Under the pieces are notes generated by a model that was given only the letters and a program-made list of their open reading frames with translations, made no database searches and was not told the DNA's origin. Shown here piece after piece: positions 6,650 through 15,731 of a stretch of DNA of 32,000 nt (the first letter of the stretch is position 1; every line of letters starts with the position of its first letter). Position numbers and translations under genes: made by a program. This DNA comes from a bacterium (GTDB taxonomy: Bacteria > Bacillota > Clostridia > TANB77 > RGIG9151). The stretch spans positions 14,229-46,228 of the forward strand of contig CAVHFU010000007.1 in assembly GCA_963635575.1 (NCBI GenBank). The letters are read 5' to 3'.

Positions 6650-8383
6650 TTATCTTGCTTGATAACGTGTATGAAGTAAATGATGAGCTACTTCACTTCC
6701 TGGTTTTTCAAGGAATTCATCATACACCTTTTTAACATATGGATTTTGATGAGACTTTCTAAGAGGTAACCTCTTATCTTCGTTATATAAAGCATTTTTT
6801 CTTGCACCTTTCACATCAATACCTTCTCTTTCCTTTAGAATACGTCTAGGTTGACCTCCACCCATTACGCATCCTCCAGGACAAGCCATAACTTCTATAA
6901 ATTGATAGTCAGCTTCTTTGCTTCTTACCTTTTCCATTAGCTTTCTTGCATTTCCAAGACCACTTACAACAGCTATCTTAATCTTCTTACCAGCAATTTC
7001 AAGTTCCGCTTCTTTAATAGTTTCATTTCCTCTGACTTCCTCGTATTCTATTTTTTCAATGGTTTTTCCCTCTAATATTTCAGAAACCGTACGAATAGCA
7101 GCCTCCATAACACCACCAGTAGTACCAAATATAGTTCCGGCACCTGTAGCTTCTCCAAAAGGTTCATCAAAAGATTCATCCGGTAATTTATTAAACATAA
7201 TTCCGGCTTTTTTAATCATTTTAGCAAGTTCCACAGTAGTAATAACAGCGTCTACATCCTTACGACCGTCTTCACCAAGTTCAGGACGTTCACATTCAAA
7301 CTTTTTAGCTGTACAAGGCATAACAGAAACCACAAAGATCTTTTCAGGGTCAATTCCTTGTTCTTTTGCATAATAACTCTTAATTAAAGCTCCATACATA
7401 GACATAGGTGACTTAGCAGATGACAAATTAGGAATTAAATCCGGGAAATTATGCTCTAGGAACTTAACCCAGCCTGGACTACAAGAAGTAATAAGAGGTA
7501 AATTCTCATTTTTAGTAAGTCTATCTATAAACTCTGTTCCCTCTTCCATAATTGTAAAATCAGCACCTGTATTAGTATCTACTACTCTATCAAAGCCTAA
7601 TCGTCTTAATGCTGCCGCCATCTTACCGGTAACAGCCTCTCCAATCGGCATATCAAATTCTTCACCTAAAGCTGCACGAACCGCCGGAGCAGTCTGAACA
7701 ACAACATGCACATCAGGATTATGAATAGCATCCCAAACTCTATCTATATCATATTTAATCGTTAAAGCTCCAACAGGACATACAGCAACACATTGTCCAC
7801 AATTTACACAATTACTGTCTCTTAATGACTTATTAAAAGCAGGTGTTACTTTTGAATTCATTCCGCGATACGCAACATCAATTGCACCTACTGTTTGAAT
7901 ATTTTTACATACAGCAACGCATCTTCTACATAAAATACACTTTGAATTATCCCTTACAATAGATGTTGATAAATCATCTATATCTCTGGATGCATCTGCA
8001 TTTCCTTGATATATAACATCTCCAACTTGCATTTTTTCTGCTAATGCTTGAAGTTCACAATCAGTATTCCTTGAACAACTCAAACAATTCTTTTTGTGAT
8101 CTGAAAGTATAAGTTCCAAAGTAGCCTTTCTCGCATCTAAAACTTTTTTTGTATTAGTTTTTACTACTAACCCTTCTGAAACCGGATAAGAACAAGAAGC
8201 TTGAAGTCCTCTAGCACCTTGAACTTCTACAAGGCAAATTCTACACGCCCCAATTTTATTTGTATCTTTTAAATAGCAAAGTGTAGGAATCTCAATTCCT
8301 GCTAATCTTGCAGCCTCTAATACTGTCATATTATCTTCAACTTGTATATTAATACCATCAATAGTTATATTAACTTTACCCAT
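6650..8383 (-). CDS. hydA: [FeFe]-hydrogenase catalytic subunit (HydA/HndD type, multi-FeS N-terminus plus H-cluster domain)
   Basis: N-terminal 2Fe-2S and ferredoxin-like Cys clusters. H-cluster signatures MPCTAKKFE (L2) and EVMACPGGCVMGGGQP (L3). L1 reads TSCSPGW. The ATG at 8383 is preferred over the track's GTG at 8392, because the RBS AAGGGGTGA overlaps that GTG. Confidence 0.9.
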   Translation of the reverse strand: MGKVNITIDGINIQVEDNMTVLEAARLAGIEIPTLCYLKDTNKIGACRICLVEVQGARGLQASCSYPVSEGLVVKTNTKKVLDARKATLELILSDHKKNCLSCSRNTDCELQALAEKMQVGDVIYQGNADASRDIDDLSTSIVRDNSKCILCRRCVAVCKNIQTVGAIDVAYRGMNSKVTPAFNKSLRDSNCVNCGQCVAVCPVGALTIKYDIDRVWDAIHNPDVHVVVQTAPAVRAALGEEFDMPIGEAVTGKMAAALRRLGFDRVVDTNTGADFTIMEEGTEFIDRLTKNENLPLITSCSPGWVKFLEHNFPDLIPNLSSAKSPMSMYGALIKSYYAKEQGIDPEKIFVVSVMPCTAKKFECERPELGEDGRKDVDAVITTVELAKMIKKAGIMFNKLPDESFDEPFGEATGAGTIFGTTGGVMEAAIRTVSEILEGKTIEKIEYEEVRGNETIKEAELEIAGKKIKIAVVSGLGNARKLMEKVRSKEADYQFIEVMACPGGCVMGGGQPRRILKEREGIDVKGARKNALYNEDKRLPLRKSHQNPYVKKVYDEFLEKPGSEVAHHLLHTRYQAR

Positions 8384-8397
8384 TTTTTTCACCCCTT

Positions 8398-10266
8398 TTA
8401 CTTTTTATCTATAGCCTTAAAGTTACATTTACTCATACATAGTCCACACTTAATACACTTACTCTGATCAATCTTAAATGGACTCTTAATCTCACCGGAA
8501 ATAGCTCCAACAGGGCAATTTCTAGCACACAAACTACATCCCTTACATTTATCAGGATCAATAACATAATTAACAAGTTTCTTACAAGCTCCGGCAGGAC
8601 ATCTCTTTTCTTTTATATGAGCCTCATATTCATCTCTAAAGTATTTAATAGTACTCAAAACAGGGTTAGGAGCAGTTTGCCCTAGTCCACAAAGAGCAGA
8701 ACACTTAATATTGTTAGCAAGTTCTTCTAACTTTTCAATATCTCCTTCTTCTCCTTGACCTTTGGTAATTCTATCTAGTATTTCATACATTCTTCTAGTA
8801 CCAATTCTGCAAGGTGGACATTTTCCACAAGATTCACTAATAGTAAATTCTAAGAAGAATTTAGCAATATCAACCATACAGTTATCTTCATCCATAACAA
8901 TAAGTCCACCAGAACCCATCATAGAACCAATTGCCATTAAAGAATCATAATCAATAGGTGTATCTAAATGACTTGCAGGAATACAACCACCAGAAGGACC
9001 ACCGGTTTGGGCAGCTTTAAACTTCTTGCCATTAGGAATTCCTCCACCTATATCATAAACAATCTCTCTAAGTGTAATTCCCATAGGAACTTCAACAAGT
9101 CCGGTATTATTAATTTTTCCACCGACAGCAAAGACCTTTGTACCCGAACTCTTTTCAGTTCCGATAGAACTAAACCATTCTGCACCTTTTAATATAATCT
9201 CAGGAACATTAGCTAATGTCTCTACGTTATTTAATATCGTAGGCTTTCCAAACAGCCCCTTAATTGCAGGGAATGGCGGTCTTACTCTAGGTTCACCCCT
9301 CTTACCTTCAATAGAAGTCATAAGAGCAGTTTCTTCGCCACAAACAAACGCTCCTGCACCTAATCTAATTCCTATATCAAAACTAAAGTTTGTTCCAAAA
9401 ATATTATTTCCCAAAACACCATACTCTTTAGCTTGTTCAATTGCAATTCTAAGTCTGTTTACAGCAATAGGATATTCTGCTCTAACATAGATGTATCCTT
9501 GATTTGAACCAATAGCATAACCAGCAATTGCCATAGCTTCTAGTACTGAATGTGGGTCTCCTTCTAACACACTTCTATCCATAAAAGCTCCAGGATCTCC
9601 CTCATCAGCATTACAGCAAACATATTTTTGACCCTCCGGTTGTGCCGCAGCAAAAGCCCATTTTCTTCCTGTTGGGAAACCGGCACCACCACGACCTCTT
9701 AATCCGGACCTTAACATAGTATCAATTACTTCTTCGGGTTTCATCTCAGTTAAAACCTTCTCTAAAGCTTTATAACCATCAAAAGCCAAATATTCATCAA
9801 TATTTTCAGGATTTATTCTTCCACAGTTTCTTAACGCAAGCCTGTTTTGTTTTTGGTAAAAACCTAATTCGTGCAAAGTGTGTGCAAGACGCTCAGTTTC
9901 TGTGTCTTTTACAAGCAACCTTTCAACAACATTTCCTTTTGCAATATGTTCTTCCACTATTTCCGGTACATCCTCTGGTTTAACCATTGTATAAAATGTT
10001 TCTCCTGGATAAACAATCATTATAGGCCCTTTGGCACACAAACCAAAACAACCTGTTTTTACTACTTGAACTTCATTTTCTAAGTGTTTTTCCTTAATTT
10101 CTCTCTCTAATTCCTCGATAATCTTTGGAGATTTAGAAGATGTACAACCAGTACCGCCACAAACTAAAATATTTTTCCTATTAGAATCTATCTTCTCTCC
10201 AACTCTCATTTTTATTAATTCTAAAGTATTCTTACGAATCTGCTCTAATTCTTCTATCGTTTTCAT
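8398..10266 (-). CDS. hydB: NuoF-like NAD(P)H/FMN-binding FeS subunit of the trimeric hydrogenase (HydB/HndC)
   Basis: Thioredoxin-like 2Fe-2S N-terminus, GRGGAGFPTGRKW FMN/NADH motif, SLBB/4Fe-4S region, and two C-terminal ferredoxin CxxCxxCxxxCP motifs. RBS GGGAG. Confidence 0.9.
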   Translation of the reverse strand: MKTIEELEQIRKNTLELIKMRVGEKIDSNRKNILVCGGTGCTSSKSPKIIEELEREIKEKHLENEVQVVKTGCFGLCAKGPIMIVYPGETFYTMVKPEDVPEIVEEHIAKGNVVERLLVKDTETERLAHTLHELGFYQKQNRLALRNCGRINPENIDEYLAFDGYKALEKVLTEMKPEEVIDTMLRSGLRGRGGAGFPTGRKWAFAAAQPEGQKYVCCNADEGDPGAFMDRSVLEGDPHSVLEAMAIAGYAIGSNQGYIYVRAEYPIAVNRLRIAIEQAKEYGVLGNNIFGTNFSFDIGIRLGAGAFVCGEETALMTSIEGKRGEPRVRPPFPAIKGLFGKPTILNNVETLANVPEIILKGAEWFSSIGTEKSSGTKVFAVGGKINNTGLVEVPMGITLREIVYDIGGGIPNGKKFKAAQTGGPSGGCIPASHLDTPIDYDSLMAIGSMMGSGGLIVMDEDNCMVDIAKFFLEFTISESCGKCPPCRIGTRRMYEILDRITKGQGEEGDIEKLEELANNIKCSALCGLGQTAPNPVLSTIKYFRDEYEAHIKEKRCPAGACKKLVNYVIDPDKCKGCSLCARNCPVGAISGEIKSPFKIDQSKCIKCGLCMSKCNFKAIDKK

Positions 10267-10281
10267 CTTATATCTCCCTTC

Positions 10282-10773
10282 TTATTCATATTTAGCTAAG
10301 ATTCCCTCAACCATACCGGGAGTCATTTTTCCATACACTTCATCATTAATAACCATAACAGGTGCAAGACCACAAGCACCTACGCAACGGGTATCTTGAA
10401 TAGAAAATTTTCCGTCAGGAGTTGTTTCACCAGCCTTTATTCCAAGTACACTTTCAAGCTTTTCTAGCACCTTGTCTGCACCTTTTACATAACAAGCTGT
10501 TCCTAAACAAATCTGAATATTATATTTTCCTTTAGGTTCAAGTGTAAATCGTGAATAGAAAGTTGCAACACCATAAACCTCCGCCAAGCTGTGACCCAAC
10601 CCATCTGCTATCATCTGTTGTACCTTTTCCGGCAAATATCCAAATAGCTCTTGTGCTTCATGCAATACAGGTATTAATGCTCCTTCTTGCCCTTTGTGTT
10701 CTTCAATAATCTTTTGTAGTTCTTTTACTTTTTCTGCGTCTAACTCGCAGCAACAACACTTATTTCCAGCCAT
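10282..10773 (-). CDS. hydC: NuoE-like [2Fe-2S] subunit of the trimeric hydrogenase (HydC/HndA)
   Basis: Cys pattern ICLGTACYVKG ... RCVGACGLAPV, typical of the NuoE/HoxE fold. RBS GGAGGAG. It is the first gene of the hydC-hydB-hydA operon. Confidence 0.88.
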   Translation of the reverse strand: MAGNKCCCCELDAEKVKELQKIIEEHKGQEGALIPVLHEAQELFGYLPEKVQQMIADGLGHSLAEVYGVATFYSRFTLEPKGKYNIQICLGTACYVKGADKVLEKLESVLGIKAGETTPDGKFSIQDTRCVGACGLAPVMVINDEVYGKMTPGMVEGILAKYE

Positions 10774-10816
10774 TTTTCACTCCTCCTATTTTGTTTGTTT
10801 TACTTCACCAAAAGAT

Positions 10817-10845
10817 ATTCTATCACGTATATTTTTAATATTCAA
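10817..10845 (-). promoter_or_regulatory. Candidate sigma-A promoter of the hydCBA operon
   Basis: The minus strand reads TTGAAT, then 17 nt, then TAGAAT, with a TG at the extended -10 position (gTGaTAGAAT). It lies about 45 nt upstream of the hydC ATG. Confidence 0.5.
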
Positions 10846-10900
10846 CAAAAAACAATGGTGTTTTTGTTATTTTGTTACTTAACATCAACTATAATATTTA

Positions 10901-10930
10901 TTCACATTTTCTTAGGCTCAAGCATATAAT
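10901..10930 (+). promoter_or_regulatory. Candidate sigma-A promoter of the three-gene small-protein operon
   Basis: TTCACA, then 18 nt, then TATAAT. It is back-to-back with the hydrogenase promoter. Confidence 0.45.
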
Positions 10931-10953
10931 GTAACCGAAAAGGAGAGATGATT

Positions 10954-11208
10954 ATGGATGAAAAAATGATAAAAAAAATTTCTGCTGTTCTATCAAAACT
11001 TCCCAAAAAAGATTTATCAAAAAATTTAGAAAAAGCAAAAAGTATAATAGAGAACTCAAATAAAGAAGACATTAAAAAACTACTCGAATCTAATAAGGTA
11101 AAAAATTTACTCGGAAAAGACACAGAAACCTTAAAAGAAGTTTTAGAAAAAACAGATTTATCAAAAATAGACACAAGTACAATAGAAAAGGATTTAAAAA
11201 ACATTTAA
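10954..11208 (+). CDS. Small Lys/Glu-rich hypothetical protein (84 aa)
   Basis: RBS GGAGAG 6 nt before the ATG at 10954; the track's ATG at 10948 directly abuts the RBS. The sequence has helical, charged composition. The antisense ORF at 10902-11204 is low-complexity shadow. Confidence 0.6.
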   Translation: MDEKMIKKISAVLSKLPKKDLSKNLEKAKSIIENSNKEDIKKLLESNKVKNLLGKDTETLKEVLEKTDLSKIDTSTIEKDLKNI

Positions 11209-11223
11209 CAGGTGGTGAGCACT

Positions 11224-11478
11224 ATGGAAAACACATCAAACGCAGATGTATCCAACGATTCAGCAAGTGAACTATCAGACATAATTTCACTTTTATCAGA
11301 TACTTCTTCCTCTAACAATTCAGCAGAATCAAACCTACTTACTTCCTTAAAACCATACTTAAGCCCCAAAAGGCAAAAAAAATTAGAACAATGTGAAAAA
11401 ATAATTATGCTAACAGACACTTTCAAATTACTAAATGAACTTCATTTCTTTGATAGTAATGAAGAAGAAAAAACATAA
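11224..11478 (+). CDS. Small hypothetical protein (84 aa) with an acidic/Ser-rich N-terminus and a conserved-looking C-terminus (LKPYLSPKRQKKLEQCEKIIMLTDTFKLL)
   Basis: RBS AGGTGGTGA upstream of the ATG at 11224. It is tightly packed after the preceding gene. Confidence 0.6.
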   Translation: MENTSNADVSNDSASELSDIISLLSDTSSSNNSAESNLLTSLKPYLSPKRQKKLEQCEKIIMLTDTFKLLNELHFFDSNEEEKT

Positions 11479-11492
11479 GGAGGTATATTCTT

Positions 11493-11831
11493 ATGACATA
11501 CTCTTGCAGATACAGAAATAACTCTGCTTTTCCTTATTCAAAAAGAACCATACAAAACAAAACTAATAAGAATTCTACAAAAAACAATTCAAAAAAACAA
11601 GAAAACTGTTGCAATGATCCGGAAGAAAACGTAAAAAAAGAGCAGTCTTCTTTTCTAGACAGCTCTTTTCTTCGTTCTTTCTTAGACCCAATTGAAAAGC
11701 TAATAGGCAGAAAAATATGTTTTGATGACATACTTCTAATACTGCTTATATACATACTTTTCACCGATAAAGAAGAGGAAAGCGACAATAAAACATTACT
11801 TTTATGTCTTGCTTTCATTTTATTTAGTTAA
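11493..11831 (+). CDS. Small hypothetical protein (112 aa) with a basic N-terminus and a hydrophobic C-terminal segment
   Basis: A strong RBS AAGGAGG overlaps the stop of the previous gene. The C-terminus (DDILLILLIYILFTDKEEESDNKTLLLCLAFILFS) looks membrane-associated. The stop overlaps the convergent recF stop by 4 nt. Confidence 0.6.
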   Translation: MTYSCRYRNNSAFPYSKRTIQNKTNKNSTKNNSKKQENCCNDPEENVKKEQSSFLDSSFLRSFLDPIEKLIGRKICFDDILLILLIYILFTDKEEESDNKTLLLCLAFILFS

Positions 11832-12886
11832 ACTTCCTTTATTATTTCAAAAGAAGTAATATCACTTCCATTTAGCTTATCCGTACAAGTTATTAAAACC
11901 TGACAATTTTTTAATTTTTCATATAAATATTCTCTTCTATACCCATCCAACTCAGACATAACATCATCAAGTAAAAGTATAGGCATTTCACCTTTTTCTA
12001 TATAAAATAAATCTTTTTCAGCAAGCTTAAATGATAAAATTGCAGTTCTTATTTGTCCTTGCGAACCAAACAGACCTAAACTAAGTTCATTTATTTCAAA
12101 AATATAGTCATCTCTGTGTATTCCATAAGAAGTAAAGCCTCGCCTTAAATCCTGGATACGTCTATCTTTCAGAGCTTTTTCCACTTCTTCTTTACTACCT
12201 TCAACTTGAGTTCTATATTTTATTAACATATCTTCTTTCTGATTAGCGATTTCCTTATGATACTTTGCAAAAATAGGTTTTATCTTTTCAATGTATTCTT
12301 TTCTTATTTCTTTAATTTTTATATTCAATTCTGCTAACTTTTCATCCCAGACATCCAGTTCAGAATAATCGATATTCCTTTCCTTATTCTTTAATAAAGA
12401 ATTTCGTTGTTCCAAAACTTTATAATATTCTTGCAAAACATGCATATAAACGGGACTTAATTGACTAATCAATAAATCAAAACTTCTTCTTCTTTCGTTC
12501 GGTTCACCTTTAACAAAATTCATATCCTCAGGTGAAAACAAGACAACAAACAAATTACCAAGTAAATCGCTTATTTTGGTTTGCTTTATTCCATTAATTT
12601 TAATTTGTTTCTTACTGTTACTGGAAACTATGAAATTAATGTTTTTTCTTCTGCTTTTATCACAAAAAGAAATATCCACAATTCCAAAATCTTCACCAAA
12701 TTTAACCAATTCAGCATCTTTTCTGCTTCTAAAAGATTTACCTAAAGCACAAACATAAACAGCCTCTAAAACATTTGTTTTTCCTTGTGCGTTATTACCA
12801 AAAAAAACATTAGTCGTCGGCGAAAGAAAAAATTCTTTGGTTTTATAGTTTCTAAAATTTTTTAACTTTATACTTTCTATAATCAA
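11828..12886 (-). CDS. recF: DNA replication and repair protein RecF
   Basis: Walker A GNNAQGKTNVLEA, signature SQGQ, Walker B LLLDDV. TTG start 9 nt after AGGAG. Confidence 0.93.
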   Translation of the reverse strand: MIIESIKLKNFRNYKTKEFFLSPTTNVFFGNNAQGKTNVLEAVYVCALGKSFRSRKDAELVKFGEDFGIVDISFCDKSRRKNINFIVSSNSKKQIKINGIKQTKISDLLGNLFVVLFSPEDMNFVKGEPNERRRSFDLLISQLSPVYMHVLQEYYKVLEQRNSLLKNKERNIDYSELDVWDEKLAELNIKIKEIRKEYIEKIKPIFAKYHKEIANQKEDMLIKYRTQVEGSKEEVEKALKDRRIQDLRRGFTSYGIHRDDYIFEINELSLGLFGSQGQIRTAILSFKLAEKDLFYIEKGEMPILLLDDVMSELDGYRREYLYEKLKNCQVLITCTDKLNGSDITSFEIIKEV

Positions 12887-12911
12887 AAAGAACTACTCCT
12901 CTTTTTTTATT

Positions 12912-14012
12912 TTAAATTCTAACAGGGAGAACCATATATGTATATTCTTCCCCGTTTTCAGGTCTTATAACACAAGGTGAAATTGAAGAACCAAAATCCA
13001 AAATTATTTTTCCGTCATCCACTGCTTTTACCGCATCAATTAAATATTTAGGGTTAAAACCTATTTCTAAATTGTTTCCCACACTTTCAACAATAACCTC
13101 TTCCCTTACATTTCCTGATTGAACAGCACATTGAATAATAAGCAGTGAATCTGCAATAGTTATCTTAACAGGAAGTTGCTTTTCATCTCTTGACATAACA
13201 GCAGCTCTTTCCAAAGAACTTAAAAAAGTATTTTTATCAACAATAACTCGTAATTCTTTTTCTTTAGGAATAGCTTGTCTGTAATCTAAAAATTCTCCTT
13301 CCAATACTCTTGTAAAAGCTATACAATTAGGCATTTCAAAAATACCTTGATTTCTGTTAACACCAATTTTTACAATATCTTCTGTGTCTAAAAGAATTTT
13401 AGATATTTCTGTTAAAGTTCTTCCAGGAATAATTGCTTTAAAGTCACCTGAATTTTCATTTATTAATACTTTTGTTTGCAAAGCAAGTCTAAAACCATCT
13501 AATGCAACCATATTTAACATGTCGTTTTTCTTCTCTATTAAACAACCTGTAAAAATAGGTCTTGACTCATCTATTCCCACAGCAAATATAGTTTTTCGTA
13601 TCATTTCCTTTAAAACATTTTGCTTTATTTCGATAGACTGTTCAATATTAATCTCCGGGAAAACTGGAAAATCAGCACTGTTTCCAGTCACTACATTAAA
13701 TAAAGATCCTTCACACTCTATTATAAGAAGGTTTTGTTCATTTGTTGATAATTCAACGGTACTTTCAGGTAATTTTCTTATTATTTCAGAAAAAATACCT
13801 GCACTTACGGTAACCTCACCCTCTTCTTTTACTTCTACATTAAGTTTATATTCTATTCCTAATTCCAAATCAGTAGCCGAAATAGTAAGCATGTCATTTT
13901 TTACAATTAAGTGAAAACATTCTAACATAGGCATAGTTGTCTTAGTGGCTACTGCTTTTTGTGCAGCAGTAAGACCTATTAATAAACTTTCTTTTTCTAC
14001 TAATAATCTCAT
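12912..14012 (-). CDS. dnaN: DNA polymerase III beta sliding clamp DnaN
   Basis: 366 aa with a typical three-domain clamp sequence and a C-terminal MVLPVRI. Located directly downstream of dnaA. RBS GGAGG. Confidence 0.95.
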   Translation of the reverse strand: MRLLVEKESLLIGLTAAQKAVATKTTMPMLECFHLIVKNDMLTISATDLELGIEYKLNVEVKEEGEVTVSAGIFSEIIRKLPESTVELSTNEQNLLIIECEGSLFNVVTGNSADFPVFPEINIEQSIEIKQNVLKEMIRKTIFAVGIDESRPIFTGCLIEKKNDMLNMVALDGFRLALQTKVLINENSGDFKAIIPGRTLTEISKILLDTEDIVKIGVNRNQGIFEMPNCIAFTRVLEGEFLDYRQAIPKEKELRVIVDKNTFLSSLERAAVMSRDEKQLPVKITIADSLLIIQCAVQSGNVREEVIVESVGNNLEIGFNPKYLIDAVKAVDDGKIILDFGSSISPCVIRPENGEEYTYMVLPVRI

Positions 14013-14396
14013 TTTAACCTCCTTTTAAATGTTATCTAAGCATATAAAAGATAAACATTTTTATATTTATTTTAATATTTAATTGATAATCGAAAAATTC
14101 TTTTTTTAATATTATTAAAATATTAAAGAGTAATAATAGTAATAGGTATGTTGATAATGTTGAAAAGTTGATTTTTTTCAATTATAAACGGAATGTAGTA
14201 GTTAATAATATGAGGATAAAATGTTATAACTTATCCACATTATAAAATTTGTGTGTGGAAATAAAGTTTTTAACATGTTTTTTACAATATATCAACTGCC
14301 ACATGTGGATAAATAAAAAACCAGTAATAATGCTAATTGTAGGTTGTGAAAAACCGCTTGATATGCTATTTCTCGTATTGTGGAAACTGTGGAAAA
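14013..14396. promoter_or_regulatory. oriC part II (dnaA-dnaN intergenic region): DnaA boxes plus an AT-rich unwinding region
   Basis: Perfect boxes are TTATCCACA at 14231-14239 and TGTGGATAA at 14304-14312. Near-matches are at 14149-14157 (TGTTGATAA), 14211-14219 (TGAGGATAA), 14254-14262, 14379-14387 and 14388-14396. An extremely AT-rich tract spans about 14040-14150. TAGTAGTTAATAATA at 14196-14210 is a possible DnaA-trio. Confidence 0.75.
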
Positions 14397-15731
14397 TTAA
14401 AAGAATATAATCTTCTTGATTTCTTCTACTTTTTTCTTTATGTCCTCGTTTTCTATTACATCTTTAGAAATTTTGTTACAAGCATGTATAACAGTTGAAT
14501 GGTCACGTTTCCCAAATTCATACCCTATTTTAGGCAATGATAAATTTGCGACATCACGACAAAGGTACATTGCGATTTGACGAGGAACAGCAATATCTGT
14601 ACTTCTTTTTGCAGATTTTAAATCATCTACTTTTATATTAAAATATTTTGCAACAACTTTTTGAATAAGTTCAATCGTAATATTTTTTGTAGGTGTATTT
14701 GTTATATCTTTTAGTGCTATTCTAGCTAAATCGATGGAAAGAGGCTCATTATTAAGATGAGATAAAGCTAAAACTTTATTTAATGCACCCTCTAATTCTC
14801 TTATGTTAGAATCAACACGTTCAGCAATAAATGCATTGATTTCATCAGGCACATCAATGCTATCAAGTTGAGCTTTCTTTCTTAAAATTGCAATTCTGGT
14901 CTCATAATCAGGTGCTTGTACATCAGCAGTAAGCCCCCATTCAAAACGGGAACGAAGTCTGTCCTCTAAAGGTTCAATATCTTTTGGAGGTCTATCGCTA
15001 GATATAATAATTTGCTTATTAGCTTCATAAAGAGCATTAAATGTGTGGAAAAACTCTTCTTGAGTTCCTTCTTTTCCTGCAATGAACTGAATATCATCAA
15101 CAAGTAAAACATCTACATTTCTATATCTGTTTCTAAAAGCGTTATTACCTTCTGTCGCTTGTTCTTTTATAGCATTAATGAAATCATTCGTAAATTTTTC
15201 GGATGTTATGTAAAGTATTTTTTGTTCAGGATTTTGCTGGAGAATGTAATGACCTATAGCATGCATTAAGTGTGTTTTTCCAAGCCCCACTCCTCCATAT
15301 AAAAACAAAGGATTATATGCTTTTGCAGGAGATTCAGCAACTGCTAAAGACGCAGCATGTGCAAATCTATTATTATTCCCCACAACGAAGTTTTCAAAAA
15401 TGTAGCGTGGATTTAAACCGGTAGGAGTTTTATCAAAATTCTTTTGTCCTGGAAGCTTTTTTTCTTCCTGTTTTTTAGCCTCTTCAGGTATTAAATATTT
15501 TATATCTAAATCTTCATTCCTCACGAATTTAATTGTATTTTTTAATAAATCGTGAAATCTTGATTGTATATTAGTTCTATGAAAATCAGTAGGAATTTCT
15601 AAGAATAAAGTACTGTCTTCTATGTAAAGAGGTACAATTGGGGAAATCCAAGTATTAAAGCTAATTTCAGTAACCTCTCCCTTTAGGCAGTCAGTAATTT
15701 TCTGCCATTCTGAATCTAAAACTTTTACCAT
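14397..15731 (-). CDS. dnaA: Chromosomal replication initiator DnaA
   Basis: AAA+ Walker A GGVGLGKTHLMHA, Walker B LLVDDIQF, and a C-terminal DNA-binding domain (DHSTVIHACNKI). Confidence 0.97.
   Translation of the reverse strand: MVKVLDSEWQKITDCLKGEVTEISFNTWISPIVPLYIEDSTLFLEIPTDFHRTNIQSRFHDLLKNTIKFVRNEDLDIKYLIPEEAKKQEEKKLPGQKNFDKTPTGLNPRYIFENFVVGNNNRFAHAASLAVAESPAKAYNPLFLYGGVGLGKTHLMHAIGHYILQQNPEQKILYITSEKFTNDFINAIKEQATEGNNAFRNRYRNVDVLLVDDIQFIAGKEGTQEEFFHTFNALYEANKQIIISSDRPPKDIEPLEDRLRSRFEWGLTADVQAPDYETRIAILRKKAQLDSIDVPDEINAFIAERVDSNIRELEGALNKVLALSHLNNEPLSIDLARIALKDITNTPTKNITIELIQKVVAKYFNIKVDDLKSAKRSTDIAVPRQIAMYLCRDVANLSLPKIGYEFGKRDHSTVIHACNKISKDVIENEDIKKKVEEIKKIIFF

Noticed and set aside
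10902-11818. Minus-strand ORFs 10902-11204, 11205-11426 and 11534-11818, overlapping the three small plus-strand genes.
   Set aside because: The plus-strand genes have strong RBSs (GGAGAG, AGGTGGTGA, AAGGAGG), tight operon spacing and a promoter. The minus-strand ORFs are Ser/Phe-rich shadows without RBSs.
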